DNA of 64,000 nt from Christensenellales bacterium (GCA_051883555.1 JBJETY010000052.1:40250-104249), one strand, 5' to 3'. Shown: positions 9,265 to 18,731, numbered from the stretch's first letter. Numbers and translations are program-made. The notes: generated by a model not told the origin, from the sequence alone.

Positions 9265-10073
9265 TGAGAAAGGTTGACAGCCATACGCATTCGGAGTTTT
9301 CTGCCGACGGTTCGGTGAAAATTTCGGAAATGGTAAACAGAGCAATAGCAGACGGCGGACGTTATCTTTGCATAACCGACCATTTCGATCTTGACGCGCT
9401 TAAAGAATATAACAACGCTCCGGACGGTTGGACGCAGCTCAATTTGCCTGCATACGAGAAAAATCTATACGAGGCGAGAAAAGAGTCGGAAAAGCATAGC
9501 GAAGAGTTTTATTTAGGTTTCGGAATCGAAGCGGGATACGACGAAAACGCAAAGGACGACTATAAGAAGATAATTGACGAAAAGCCTTTCGACGCCGTTA
9601 TAAACAGCGTTCACTTTGTTGAAGGATACGACGTGTATTTTCCCGATTTCTTTTTGGGGCGGGAAAAAGACGACGCCTATCGTTCTTATCTTAAAAAGGT
9701 TTATAAAAGCCTTGACGTTTCGTATCATTACGATATAGTGGGGCATATCGGATATTGCGTCAGAAATGCAAAGTACGAAGATAAAATCATGCACTTTGAC
9801 GAATTTTCCGATTTGCTGGAAGCCATTCTCAAAAAAATAATCGCTTTGGACAAAACGCTCGAAGTGAATACCCATCATGCGCTTTGCCCGAACGAAGAGA
9901 TATTGAAAAAGTATTTTGAGTTTGGCGGTCGAAAGATTTCATTCGGTTCCGACGCTCACAGAGGCGACGTTTATAAAGATTTCGATAAAACCGTAGAAAT
10001 GTTAAAGGGAATCGGCTTTTCGGGATTTACCTATTTCAAACGTCATAAAGAATGTTTTGAAAAGTTTGATTAA
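9264..10073 (+). CDS. PHP-family phosphoesterase (HisJ-type histidinol-phosphatase-like)
   Basis: N-terminal DSHTHSEFSADG and C-terminal GSDAHR. TAATG overlap with the alaS stop. Confidence 0.75.
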   Translation: MRKVDSHTHSEFSADGSVKISEMVNRAIADGGRYLCITDHFDLDALKEYNNAPDGWTQLNLPAYEKNLYEARKESEKHSEEFYLGFGIEAGYDENAKDDYKKIIDEKPFDAVINSVHFVEGYDVYFPDFFLGREKDDAYRSYLKKVYKSLDVSYHYDIVGHIGYCVRNAKYEDKIMHFDEFSDLLEAILKKIIALDKTLEVNTHHALCPNEEILKKYFEFGGRKISFGSDAHRGDVYKDFDKTVEMLKGIGFSGFTYFKRHKECFEKFD

Positions 10074-10432
10074 TTTTAAATTCAACAATCGAATGTCGAT
10101 TTAAAGATGAAATCTAAATGTGTCAGAAATAAGCGTTGTAAGTTTACGGCGCTTATTATTTTTACTCCTTTTAAGGCGATTGTTAAAGGGCAAAGAGTAA
10201 GTTGAGTTTGAATATTTATGTTTTCGGAATTTTTCGTTGAAATTCAGGTCTTAGTTAAAATTCGGATTTTGATTTATAAAAGAAAAACGCAATGAGAAAA
10301 ACGACGAAAAATAAACTTGCCATAAACATAGCGTCATTAAATAGGGCGGTCATTAAATTAGATAAGATGAGGTCAAAGTAAAAAAGGTGCAGTTGAAAGA
10401 AAGGTTGTAATAAAAGCGCAAAAAAAACGGAC

Positions 10433-10461
10433 AAAAAAAGCCGCAGAGTTTTGACTGCGGC
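10433..10461 (-). terminator. Rho-independent terminator of the rex-kinase operon
   Basis: gccgcag / ctgcggc stem with a T7 run on the minus strand. Confidence 0.75.
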
Positions 10462-10530
10462 TTTAAAATTCGTCGAATCGAGTAGTAAAATAACTAATCC
10501 GATAATGAGTTTATAAAACGTTTATTTTGA

Positions 10531-11289
10531 TTATATGTTTATTTTGAAAACTTCTTTTACGTAGCCGTCAAGAATTGCTCTTTTGCTTTCGTCGTTCGTT
10601 TTAATTGCCGTAACGGCGGCTACAATCGGAAGCCATTTTTTTACGTATTGCACGGCAGTGTCGCTTTTTTGACAGAATATTTCAAGATATACCTCAGCAA
10701 CGTCACGTTTGCCGTTAAGGATAAATTCAAGATAGGTAAGCGCTGCGTCCGCCGAAGCGTTTCCTTGTGTTGCGTGCGACCAGTCGAGGATAAAATAATT
10801 CCCTTTTTCGTTAACCATAATATTGGATGGATTAAAGTCGCCGTGGCAAAGTTTATCGTGAGTCGGCAATTTATCGAGAAGACTGAACAATTCGTATCTT
10901 GTGGTAGCGTCGTAAGGCGCTTTGCAAAGTCTGTCGCCGTATTTTATTTTAAGCTTTTTAAGTCCCTCAATTTTTTTGGAATGCATTTCAAGTTCTACGT
11001 CGACCATAAATTCTATATTGTGGCGCATCTTTTCAGGAGCGTCATTCATAATGGATTCGAGAGTCTTTCCTTGGACGTATTCCATTGTGATGCTACGATT
11101 ATCGCCTTCGAGTTTTACATCGATAAGCTTAGGAACGTTGAGCCCCGATTCTTCTGCCATGGAATGGTTCAATGCTTCGTTTAAAATATTAGATTTCGAA
11201 AAAAGCGAGTTGAATTCTTTTACTACCCGATTATCCTTACGAAAAATAAGTTTTGTTTCGGTTTTGGCAATGATATTAGTGTTGTCCAT
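10531..11289 (-). CDS. APH/choline-kinase-like phosphotransferase family protein
   Basis: Brenner motif CHGDFNPSNIMV followed by ILDWSHA. AGGAGGG RBS lies inside the rex 3' end. Confidence 0.6.
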   Translation of the reverse strand: MDNTNIIAKTETKLIFRKDNRVVKEFNSLFSKSNILNEALNHSMAEESGLNVPKLIDVKLEGDNRSITMEYVQGKTLESIMNDAPEKMRHNIEFMVDVELEMHSKKIEGLKKLKIKYGDRLCKAPYDATTRYELFSLLDKLPTHDKLCHGDFNPSNIMVNEKGNYFILDWSHATQGNASADAALTYLEFILNGKRDVAEVYLEIFCQKSDTAVQYVKKWLPIVAAVTAIKTNDESKRAILDGYVKEVFKINI

Positions 11290-11290
11290 A

Positions 11291-11944
11291 TTAACCCTCC
11301 TGATTTTCGTTGTTCAAAATTTCCGACAGTCTTTTTGAAAGTACCGCCAAAGAAGACGCCATATCTTCTTGTTTTAAAGCTATGTTTTCAGGGACTTTGA
11401 GATGGCATGGGGCAAAAGACCAGATGGCTTTAATGCCTGCGGCAATCATAGTGTCGGCAATATTCTGAGCTACCGCTTTAGGCGTGGTAATTATGCCGAT
11501 GTATATATTGTTTGCTTTAACAAAGTCGCTCAGTTCGTCAAACGTAAAAATTTTGGCATTGTTGATTTCCGTCCCTACGATTTCCGGATTAACATCGAAA
11601 CCTGCTACAATGTGAAGACCGTATTTTTTGAATCCGTCGTAGCTGAGCAAGGTTTTGCCGAGTTTTCCGACTCCGACGATAACGGCTTCGCTTGTATTGT
11701 TATAGCCGAGATATCCTTCTATATCGCTGATCAGAAGGTCGACCTCGAAACCGAGTTTAGGCTTTCCGGCAACGCTTGAAATGATGGCAAGGTCTTTTCG
11801 CACCTGAACGGAATTCAGTTGCATATCGTTTGCTATCGTTGTTGAAGAAATATTCGTTTTTCCTTGTCTTTTACATTCGAGAAGATATCTTAAATATCTA
11901 GGTAATCTCGATATTGTAGCGCGAGACGCTTTTTCGTTTTCCAT
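11291..11944 (-). CDS. rex: Redox-sensing transcriptional repressor Rex
   Basis: ISRLPRYLRYL winged helix plus a Rossmann motif (VGVGKLG). Confidence 0.9.
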   Translation of the reverse strand: MENEKASRATISRLPRYLRYLLECKRQGKTNISSTTIANDMQLNSVQVRKDLAIISSVAGKPKLGFEVDLLISDIEGYLGYNNTSEAVIVGVGKLGKTLLSYDGFKKYGLHIVAGFDVNPEIVGTEINNAKIFTFDELSDFVKANNIYIGIITTPKAVAQNIADTMIAAGIKAIWSFAPCHLKVPENIALKQEDMASSLAVLSKRLSEILNNENQEG

Positions 11945-12017
11945 AAATACCTCTTATAATAAACATAGTCTTAAATAAAATTATTGTCAAGACTTTTATC
12001 TCATTTGATAAAAATAT

Positions 12018-12066
12018 ATCGATATTTTTTTAAATTTTTTATCGATAAAAGATATCGATAAAAGAT
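12018..12066. repeat. ATCGAT-centred motifs: a near-palindrome plus a perfect 13-bp tandem duplication
   Basis: atcgataaaagat occurs twice in tandem at 12041-12066, and aaaatatatcgatatttttt lies at about 12011-12030. Confidence 0.7.
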
Positions 12067-12366
12067 ATAAAGTAAGTAATTTAAAAAAGAGCGGCATATC
12101 AAAAAATGTAGGCGAGACTATAAGTTTAACGGAATAAAAAGGTTACGGAACGTTAGCTTCGGGATATAATTCGGGAGACTATACGCGATATTATAAATAA
12201 AAAGGGATAATAAAAGCAGACCTTTTACGGTCTGCTTTAAAATTAAGTAGTTTTGAAAATTAAGCTAAATGTTTTAACTGAAGATTTTTTTACGACGCGT
12301 TTAATCTGAATAAAATCGATAGCTTGCGTTTTGTCTGTCTAAAATCTACGAGTATTTTATAAGACT

Positions 12367-13857
12367 TTATTGTTTATGGTATTCATACATATAGGTCATA
12401 TCGCTTGTCTGATAAGCAATCGGCGCTACGTCGAACGAACCTGTGCTTTCTACCGTGATTAAAGTGCCGCCGCGCTGAGCAATCTTTTTGTAAATTCCAG
12501 GATATGCTAAATAGTCGATGCTCATTCCGTAAGTCAGTCTGACGCCCTTATAATCGATAGAGAAGTTGTTGTAATGGTCGTGTCCGCAGAAAACGCCTTT
12601 TGTGCTTCCGAGTTCGAGTATCTTGTCAAACATTTTTCCGTCCGCTTTACCCGGATAGCATTTCTCGCCCTTTTCGCCGGCAACGCCGTAATAATAAGTT
12701 ACGTTTTCCGTGTTCTTATGTCCGTTGTTTACGAATTCGTCCCATGCCGTCTGGAATTGTACCAACGGTATATGGAAGAACATAAGCGATTTTACGTCGC
12801 CCGTAAAGCCGCGTGCAACGTTCGTTTCGTTTACCTTTTCAACGCATTGAGCATACCATTCAACCTGATTGTCGTGAATCTTATCGTATTTCCAGGCAAT
12901 TCCGAAATAGTCGCCGTCGGTATAGCTGTGCGAGTCGACAAGATAAAGAGATTGAGTGATTTCGCCGTTCGTTTTCTGAACGTTTATAAGCTGATTGCCT
13001 TTTCCGTCGATGTTGGAAGGGCCTTCCGTAAAGATGCAATATTTCCATTTGTTTTGATTATAAACTCTTTCAACGATTTCTTCTCTTGTGTAAAGGCTGT
13101 ATATTTCGGTATCGTGGTTACCGAAAGTCATTGTCCAATATACGCCGAGAGAGTCCATAAGAGTTGCGAACATTTCCGCTTCTTTTTGGTTGTTGAAAGT
13201 TCCGGCTTGGAAAGGAACAGGGTAAGCGACGTCGCCCGTTACGACGACAAGGTCAGGCTGAGCCTTTTTTACGACTTCCGCAACCGCTTCGATTGCCCAA
13301 GCGTCTTTTTTCGTGCTAAAAGCTCCCGCTCCGATATGTACGTCGGTAAGCTGTAAAATTCTCAATTCGCTTTCGTCCACTTCCGGCGTTGAAGGATCGT
13401 CGTCAGGCGTAACGAACGTATAACAATTCAATTCGTCGTCCCAGAAGAGAGTGTTTCGTTCCGCCAAGGTTTTGTCGGCAGGCGTTTCGGTTTGAGTGAA
13501 GCGAGTGCCTACTTTTGCCATAGCCGCAGCCTTTTTGAAATTGGCGTTCGTTCCTACTGCCGAAACGATAATCAAAATGATGAAGAAAAGAAGCACCGCA
13601 CCCAAGACCGAACCTGTTATAATAAGGTCACGTTTCAAAAGACGTTTACGCTCTTCCGGCGGAAGGTCTTTTCTTTTTACGCGTTTTTTCTTCTTTTTCT
13701 TTTTCGTTGCGGTTCCGTTTTCGGACGATTCGTCAACTACGGTCTTTTCGGTTTTTTCTTCCGAAACGTCCGCGTCTTCGGCTTTACGTTTTTTAGACGT
13801 TTTTTCTTTGGCGGAAACCGTTGATTCATCGATGTTTACGTCATTCTTCTTTGCCAT
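12367..13857 (-). CDS. Membrane-anchored calcineurin-like metallophosphoesterase with a K/E-rich N-terminal tail
   Basis: AAGGAGA RBS precedes the ATG at 13857. Motifs LTDVHIG, GDVAYP, GNHD, GHDH. One TM segment follows the charged N-terminus. Confidence 0.75.
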   Translation of the reverse strand: MAKKNDVNIDESTVSAKEKTSKKRKAEDADVSEEKTEKTVVDESSENGTATKKKKKKKRVKRKDLPPEERKRLLKRDLIITGSVLGAVLLFFIILIIVSAVGTNANFKKAAAMAKVGTRFTQTETPADKTLAERNTLFWDDELNCYTFVTPDDDPSTPEVDESELRILQLTDVHIGAGAFSTKKDAWAIEAVAEVVKKAQPDLVVVTGDVAYPVPFQAGTFNNQKEAEMFATLMDSLGVYWTMTFGNHDTEIYSLYTREEIVERVYNQNKWKYCIFTEGPSNIDGKGNQLINVQKTNGEITQSLYLVDSHSYTDGDYFGIAWKYDKIHDNQVEWYAQCVEKVNETNVARGFTGDVKSLMFFHIPLVQFQTAWDEFVNNGHKNTENVTYYYGVAGEKGEKCYPGKADGKMFDKILELGSTKGVFCGHDHYNNFSIDYKGVRLTYGMSIDYLAYPGIYKKIAQRGGTLITVESTGSFDVAPIAYQTSDMTYMYEYHKQ

Positions 13858-14680
13858 AATTTTCTCCTTTGTCAATATATAATTCTATTCCCAACTTATT
13901 TAGAGATTCTTTTTTAATTTCCGAGAGTTTATTTTCGTCTTCCGAGTCGGTTTTGGCTACGGCGAAAACTTTATTTCCGTAATCGAATATTTTTATATCC
14001 GTTACGTTCGCGTCGAATTTGTCGGAGAGTTCTTTTAAAGAAGACTCTTTTTCCGGATATTTCCGACCGATAAGCGTTGCAAAGTTTTTAGCGATAAGCT
14101 TTATTCCCGTTACGACGACTACGCATGCCACGGCAACGCCTATGACGCCGTCGATAGGCAAACTCGTTACTTGCGACAGCCCGAAGCCTAAGAGGGTGGT
14201 GGTAGTAATCGATACGTCGAGAATGCAATCGAGTTTTTCGACTTTTATTACCGGCGAATCCGACTTTTTGTCGACGATATAGAAGAAAACGGCAAGCCCG
14301 ACTTTTACAGGAATCGAAACTGCAATCAACGCAAAGTGCGTCCAGTTGAAAGTGATAGGAAGCGGCATGAAAACTCTTTCAAGAGATTCGTAACAAAACA
14401 AACCGCCGATAACCAGAATCAAAACGGAAATAAGCAAAGACACTATGTTTTCTACTCTTCCGAATCCGAAAGGAAATCTTTCCGTCGGTTTTTTGTCGCT
14501 GACTGCAAAACCTATAGAAGCGCCTATAAAACCGAACATATCGCAAAAATTGTTTATTCCGTCTGATAAAATGCTTATCGAATTTGAAATCAATCCGACG
14601 TACAATTTTAAAATTGCAAGAAACGCATTTGCTAACGAGCCGGTTATAGTGGCCGCCAATTTCATTTTTTTTGAGTTCAT
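13841..14680 (-). CDS. Cation diffusion facilitator family transporter
   Basis: Six-TM N-terminal half plus a cytoplasmic C-terminal domain, typical CDF layout. Its 3' end overlaps the downstream gene start. Confidence 0.8.
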   Translation of the reverse strand: MNSKKMKLAATITGSLANAFLAILKLYVGLISNSISILSDGINNFCDMFGFIGASIGFAVSDKKPTERFPFGFGRVENIVSLLISVLILVIGGLFCYESLERVFMPLPITFNWTHFALIAVSIPVKVGLAVFFYIVDKKSDSPVIKVEKLDCILDVSITTTTLLGFGLSQVTSLPIDGVIGVAVACVVVVTGIKLIAKNFATLIGRKYPEKESSLKELSDKFDANVTDIKIFDYGNKVFAVAKTDSEDENKLSEIKKESLNKLGIELYIDKGENYGKEE

Positions 14681-14838
14681 TGTTTTATAATAAATACCTG
14701 TTTTTTATATTATACACACAGCGTATGTTAATGTCAAATATCAAAAAAATGGCAAAAAGACAAAAGTATTCACAAAACGCCAATATTGAACAATTTTTAA
14801 TTGTTTAACGGGTATAACATAAATTAAGGAGTTCGGAT

Positions 14839-15171
14839 TTGACGTACATATATTATTACAACAAAGTTTTCGATAACGTTTATCTCGCTTTGGGATTGGT
14901 GTTTTTCATATTTTTCGTTATAAATTTTCTTATAGCGAAATGGTATCTTGAAAGGTCGAGTTTTGCGTTTATATGGCTTTTCATTCCGATTGCGTTATTC
15001 GGAGCGGGATTCGCTTTGAGCGAATGGTTTGCTCTTATCGTTTTATCTGCCGAAACCCTTATAGAATTTATGATACTTATTTATTTTTATTTTCTGCGAG
15101 ACGATTATAATCCTAAAATGCTTTTCGGCAAAAGACATAAGGATGGAGAAAAAAATAATCGTTTAAATTGA
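14839..15171 (+). CDS. Small hypothetical membrane protein
   Basis: TTG start 7 nt after AAGGAG. About three hydrophobic helices. Confidence 0.4.
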   Translation: MTYIYYYNKVFDNVYLALGLVFFIFFVINFLIAKWYLERSSFAFIWLFIPIALFGAGFALSEWFALIVLSAETLIEFMILIYFYFLRDDYNPKMLFGKRHKDGEKNNRLN

Positions 15172-15459
15172 AATCAAAACCGCCTTTGGTGGCGTTTGCC
15201 GTTAAACGGAGATAAAACTTATTGCTAACGAAAAGGAAAAGCCGGTGCGAACAATTTGCAGAAACATAGCAGGCAGACCTTTATATTAAAATGCCGTTAT
15301 TATATGGCAAAAATTAACTTACGCCAAATGCAGAATTATTATTGCTTTATTTTCTTATTTATAATATAATATTAATATAAAATAAAACGTGCATAACGTC
15401 TTATTAATGGTGGGGTATTAAGTGACGTTTGCCTTAGGGCTTTGCAAAAGGGGGTAATT

Positions 15460-15735
15460 ATGTTTGACGAATTGTTACTGGGAGATATTTTAGGCATACA
15501 GCCGGAATATCACAAAGTAAAAAAGAATCAAAGTAAAAAGTGGAAAGAAGACGTCGCAATGTGTTTGTGGTTGGATGACCTGGGAAGGGAACAAGGAGAG
15601 CAAGAAAAGCGCGCTTATGAAGCGTGGATGAAAAAACTTACCGGCGGCGAGGTCAGACGCAAAAATACATTCAGCGATATGTCCGAGAATCTCTTTTTCG
15701 ACGATGCGACGTTGACAAAGAAAAGAAAGAAATAA
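15460..15735 (+). CDS. Hypothetical small charged protein
   Basis: ATG preceded by AAGGGGG, and followed by a strong terminator. Confidence 0.35.
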   Translation: MFDELLLGDILGIQPEYHKVKKNQSKKWKEDVAMCLWLDDLGREQGEQEKRAYEAWMKKLTGGEVRRKNTFSDMSENLFFDDATLTKKRKK

Positions 15736-15752
15736 TCAATCTTCAAAAACGG

Positions 15753-15788
15753 CAAAACGACGTTGCAAGGCAACGCCGTTTTGTTTTT
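15753..15788 (+). terminator. Rho-independent terminator
   Basis: A 13-bp stem (caaaacgacgttgc / gcaacgccgttttg, one mismatch) followed by T5. Confidence 0.8.
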
Positions 15789-16367
15789 ACGTTGCGGTTA
15801 TGCGTTGCAGATTTATAGTGCGATTTTGTGTTGCGGTTTCATATTAAGGTTTTATGTTGGATTTCGTGTTATTGCTTTGCGGCCGCGATTAAAAGCAAAC
15901 GTAAGGGTGCGGCTATAGATAAAAGGCGCGACTGAAAATCAAAGAGGCAGGGTAAAATCGTTCACGCACTTTAAATATAAACGTTACCGCCTTGAAACCT
16001 AGACGAAGATACATAAAATAAAAGATAGACAAATTTTTTGAAACCAAAATCGATAATCTTTTTCATCGCTTTTGCAATAAAAGGTTTTGAACGTATAAAA
16101 GTAGTTTTTTAAAACATATTAACGGAAACGAAAAAATCGAACGGAAGGGTAAAACGAAACGGAGAGTACGAAAAATCTATAAAAAACAGTTGCAAAAACT
16201 GCAATCGAAACGGTCGGAGTGCAAATCGTCTGACAAAAAATAACAAAACTTATAATCAATATAACGTTGAAAGAAGTATTTTACCCATTTTTGGCAAAAA
16301 GTAAAGCAAATTTAATGCATAAACGAAAAAAAGTTGCAAAAATATGCAATTTTTTTTAAATTCGGTA

Positions 16368-16396
16368 TTGACAAACTACTTATTAGGAAATAAAAT
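16368..16396 (+). promoter_or_regulatory. Putative sigma-A promoter of the MreB-like pair
   Basis: TTGACA, 17-nt spacer, TAAAAT. This implies a leader of roughly 220 nt. Confidence 0.55.
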
Positions 16397-16476
16397 AATC
16401 TTAGATATAAAAACGGAGACCGATTTCGATAATAATTGTTCCCAAATCTGACGCGGTGGGCTTAATTTTGTTGAAT

Positions 16477-16502
16477 GAATTTCGTTTGACCGAAATTTTT
16501 TT
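16477..16502 (+). promoter_or_regulatory. Terminator-like hairpin inside the leader
   Basis: aatttcg-tttgac-cgaaatt followed by T7. The stem is AT-rich, so stability is modest. Confidence 0.35.
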
Positions 16503-16625
16503 CATCTAATCAAGATTTTGGAATAAAGATTATTAGCTTTTGGGCGGCAACCGAAAGCATAGGTCATAAGTTTTTAAAAAATTAATAATTCATTTTACGG
16601 CAAAAACTTTTGGAGGAAAATTTGT

Positions 16626-17642
16626 ATGGCAAAAGAAGTATTGCAAATCGGAATCGACCTTGGTACTGCTAATACGCTTGTTTATATAGCAAAACAAGGT
16701 ATCGTTTTCAACGAACCATCATACGTTGCTTTCGACAGAGCAACAAAGAAATGCATTGCTTGTGGTCACGCAGCAAAACTCATGGCAGGTAAAACCCACG
16801 ATAAAATCCGTGTTGTTAAACCTCTTGAAGGCGGCGTTGTAGCAGACCTCGATGCAACGAAATCATTACTTGAGTATATCTTCTCAAAACTTGACAGAGC
16901 AGATGATATCGATTGGGCTAAATCAACCATCTTGCTTTGTTGCCCGTCTGAGATTACAGTAGTTGAGCGTGCCGCACTCATCAACTTGGCTCACGATATG
17001 GGTATCCAGGACGTATTTATCGAACAAGAAGTTAAAGCCGGTGCTGTTGGCGCAGGCTGTGACATCTATCAGACTACCGGTTGTATGATAGTTGACATCG
17101 GTGGTGGTTCAACCGATATCGGCGTTCTTTCATGTGGTGACCTTGTAGTTTGGGATTCAATCCGTGTCGCAGGTAGATATTTCGATAACGAAATCGCAAA
17201 GTACGTAAAACAACATTACAATTTGCTTATCGGTGAAAGAACTGCTGAAAGACTTAAGTTTGAACTCGCAACTTTGGCACCAATCGTCGGTGAAGAAAAA
17301 GAATGCGAAGCATCAGGTAGACATCTCAGCCAAGGACAACCTGCAACGATTACCATAAGACAAGGTGAAATTCGTGAAATAATGCTTAAAGCATTCGACA
17401 GGATTAAGCACGTAATCCTTGCAACTTTGGAAAGAACTCCGCCTGAACTTTCAGCTGATATCCTTAAAAACGGTATCACAATCAACGGCGGTGGCGGTTG
17501 TATCACCGGTATCAAAGAATACTTCGAAGCAGAACTCGGACTTCCTTGCACAATCTCGCCTAACTGCTTAACTTCTATCGTTGAAGGAACTAAGTTCTTG
17601 CTTAAGAACAGAGGCAACTATTTGCAGAGACCTGTTGAATAA
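16626..17642 (+). CDS. MreB-family actin-like protein, divergent paralog 1
   Basis: IGIDLGTANTLVY, DIGGGSTDIGVLS, INGGGG. GGAGG RBS. Confidence 0.85.
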   Translation: MAKEVLQIGIDLGTANTLVYIAKQGIVFNEPSYVAFDRATKKCIACGHAAKLMAGKTHDKIRVVKPLEGGVVADLDATKSLLEYIFSKLDRADDIDWAKSTILLCCPSEITVVERAALINLAHDMGIQDVFIEQEVKAGAVGAGCDIYQTTGCMIVDIGGGSTDIGVLSCGDLVVWDSIRVAGRYFDNEIAKYVKQHYNLLIGERTAERLKFELATLAPIVGEEKECEASGRHLSQGQPATITIRQGEIREIMLKAFDRIKHVILATLERTPPELSADILKNGITINGGGGCITGIKEYFEAELGLPCTISPNCLTSIVEGTKFLLKNRGNYLQRPVE

Positions 17643-17687
17643 TCTTGCGGTTATTCTTAAATTCAATAAATTCGTAAAGGAGAAATT

Positions 17688-18731
17688 ATGAAAAAACAAT
17701 TTGATTTAGTCTTCAATCAACCTGAAGACAAGAATAAGAAAGTCGGTATTGGTATTGACCTTGGTACAACAAACCTTTTGGTTTACGTACAAGGCCACGG
17801 CATCATTTTCAATGAGCCGTCAGTTGTAGCATTTGATATGGAAACAGGCGAAGTTATTGCCGGTGGTGCAGATGCTTATTCAATGATTGGTAAGACTCAC
17901 AGCAAGATTAAGGTTTGCAGACCTCTTCGTGAAGGTGTTATCTCTGATATGGAAGCAGCTAAAGCTCTTCTTAAATACGTATTCACAAGAGTTAACAATT
18001 TGAAGAACATTCAAAACGCACTTTGCTTAATTTGCTGCCCGTCAGAAGTTACGCAAATTGAAAGAGAAGCTATGAAGCAACTTGCTATCGAAATGGGTAT
18101 TCAAGACGTATTCATCGAAGAAGAAATTAAAGCAGGTGCTATCGGCTCAGGAAACGACATTTACAATTCAAGAGCAGTTATGGTCGTCGATATCGGCGGT
18201 GGTACAACTGACGTTGGTGTTCTCGCACTCGGCGACGTTGTATTGTCACAGTCAATCAGAATCGCAGGTACGTACATCGATAACGAAATCATCAAGTACG
18301 TCCACAAGAACCATAACCTTGTTATCGGACCTATGACTGCAGAAAAAGTTAAGAAAGAACTTGCAACTTTGTACGCAGATGACGACAGAACGATGAGAGT
18401 TTGCGGACGTGACCTTATGAAAGGTATCCCTGCATCTACAGAAGTTAACTCACAAGAAATCAGAATGGTTATCCTTCCTGTTCTTGCTGAAATCGTCAGC
18501 GTTATCCGTAACGTTCTTGAAATTACTCCTCCTGAATTGTCAGCTGACTTGGTTGACGCAGGTATTATCTGTGACGGCGGTGGTTCACAAATCCCTGGAC
18601 TTAAAGAGTTCTTGGAAGAAGCAGTTTCACTTCCTGTTGAAGTATGTGCTAACCCGCTTACAGCAGTTGTCGAAGGAACGAAAGTTCTTTTGAAGAACAG
18701 AGGCTACTACTTGATTAATCCTGTTGATTAA
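17688..18731 (+). CDS. MreB-family actin-like protein, divergent paralog 2
   Basis: IGIDLGTTNLLVY, DIGGGTTDVGVLA, CDGGGS. AAGGAG RBS. Confidence 0.85.
   Translation: MKKQFDLVFNQPEDKNKKVGIGIDLGTTNLLVYVQGHGIIFNEPSVVAFDMETGEVIAGGADAYSMIGKTHSKIKVCRPLREGVISDMEAAKALLKYVFTRVNNLKNIQNALCLICCPSEVTQIEREAMKQLAIEMGIQDVFIEEEIKAGAIGSGNDIYNSRAVMVVDIGGGTTDVGVLALGDVVLSQSIRIAGTYIDNEIIKYVHKNHNLVIGPMTAEKVKKELATLYADDDRTMRVCGRDLMKGIPASTEVNSQEIRMVILPVLAEIVSVIRNVLEITPPELSADLVDAGIICDGGGSQIPGLKEFLEEAVSLPVEVCANPLTAVVEGTKVLLKNRGYYLINPVD

Noticed and set aside
16626-18731. The actin-like pair as a ParM/AlfA-type plasmid or prophage segregation module
   Set aside because: The sequence motifs are MreB-type. No adaptor (ParR-like) gene or adjacent iteron centromere is present. 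The surrounding genes are chromosomal housekeeping, and the 14.5-bp array is 24 kb away.
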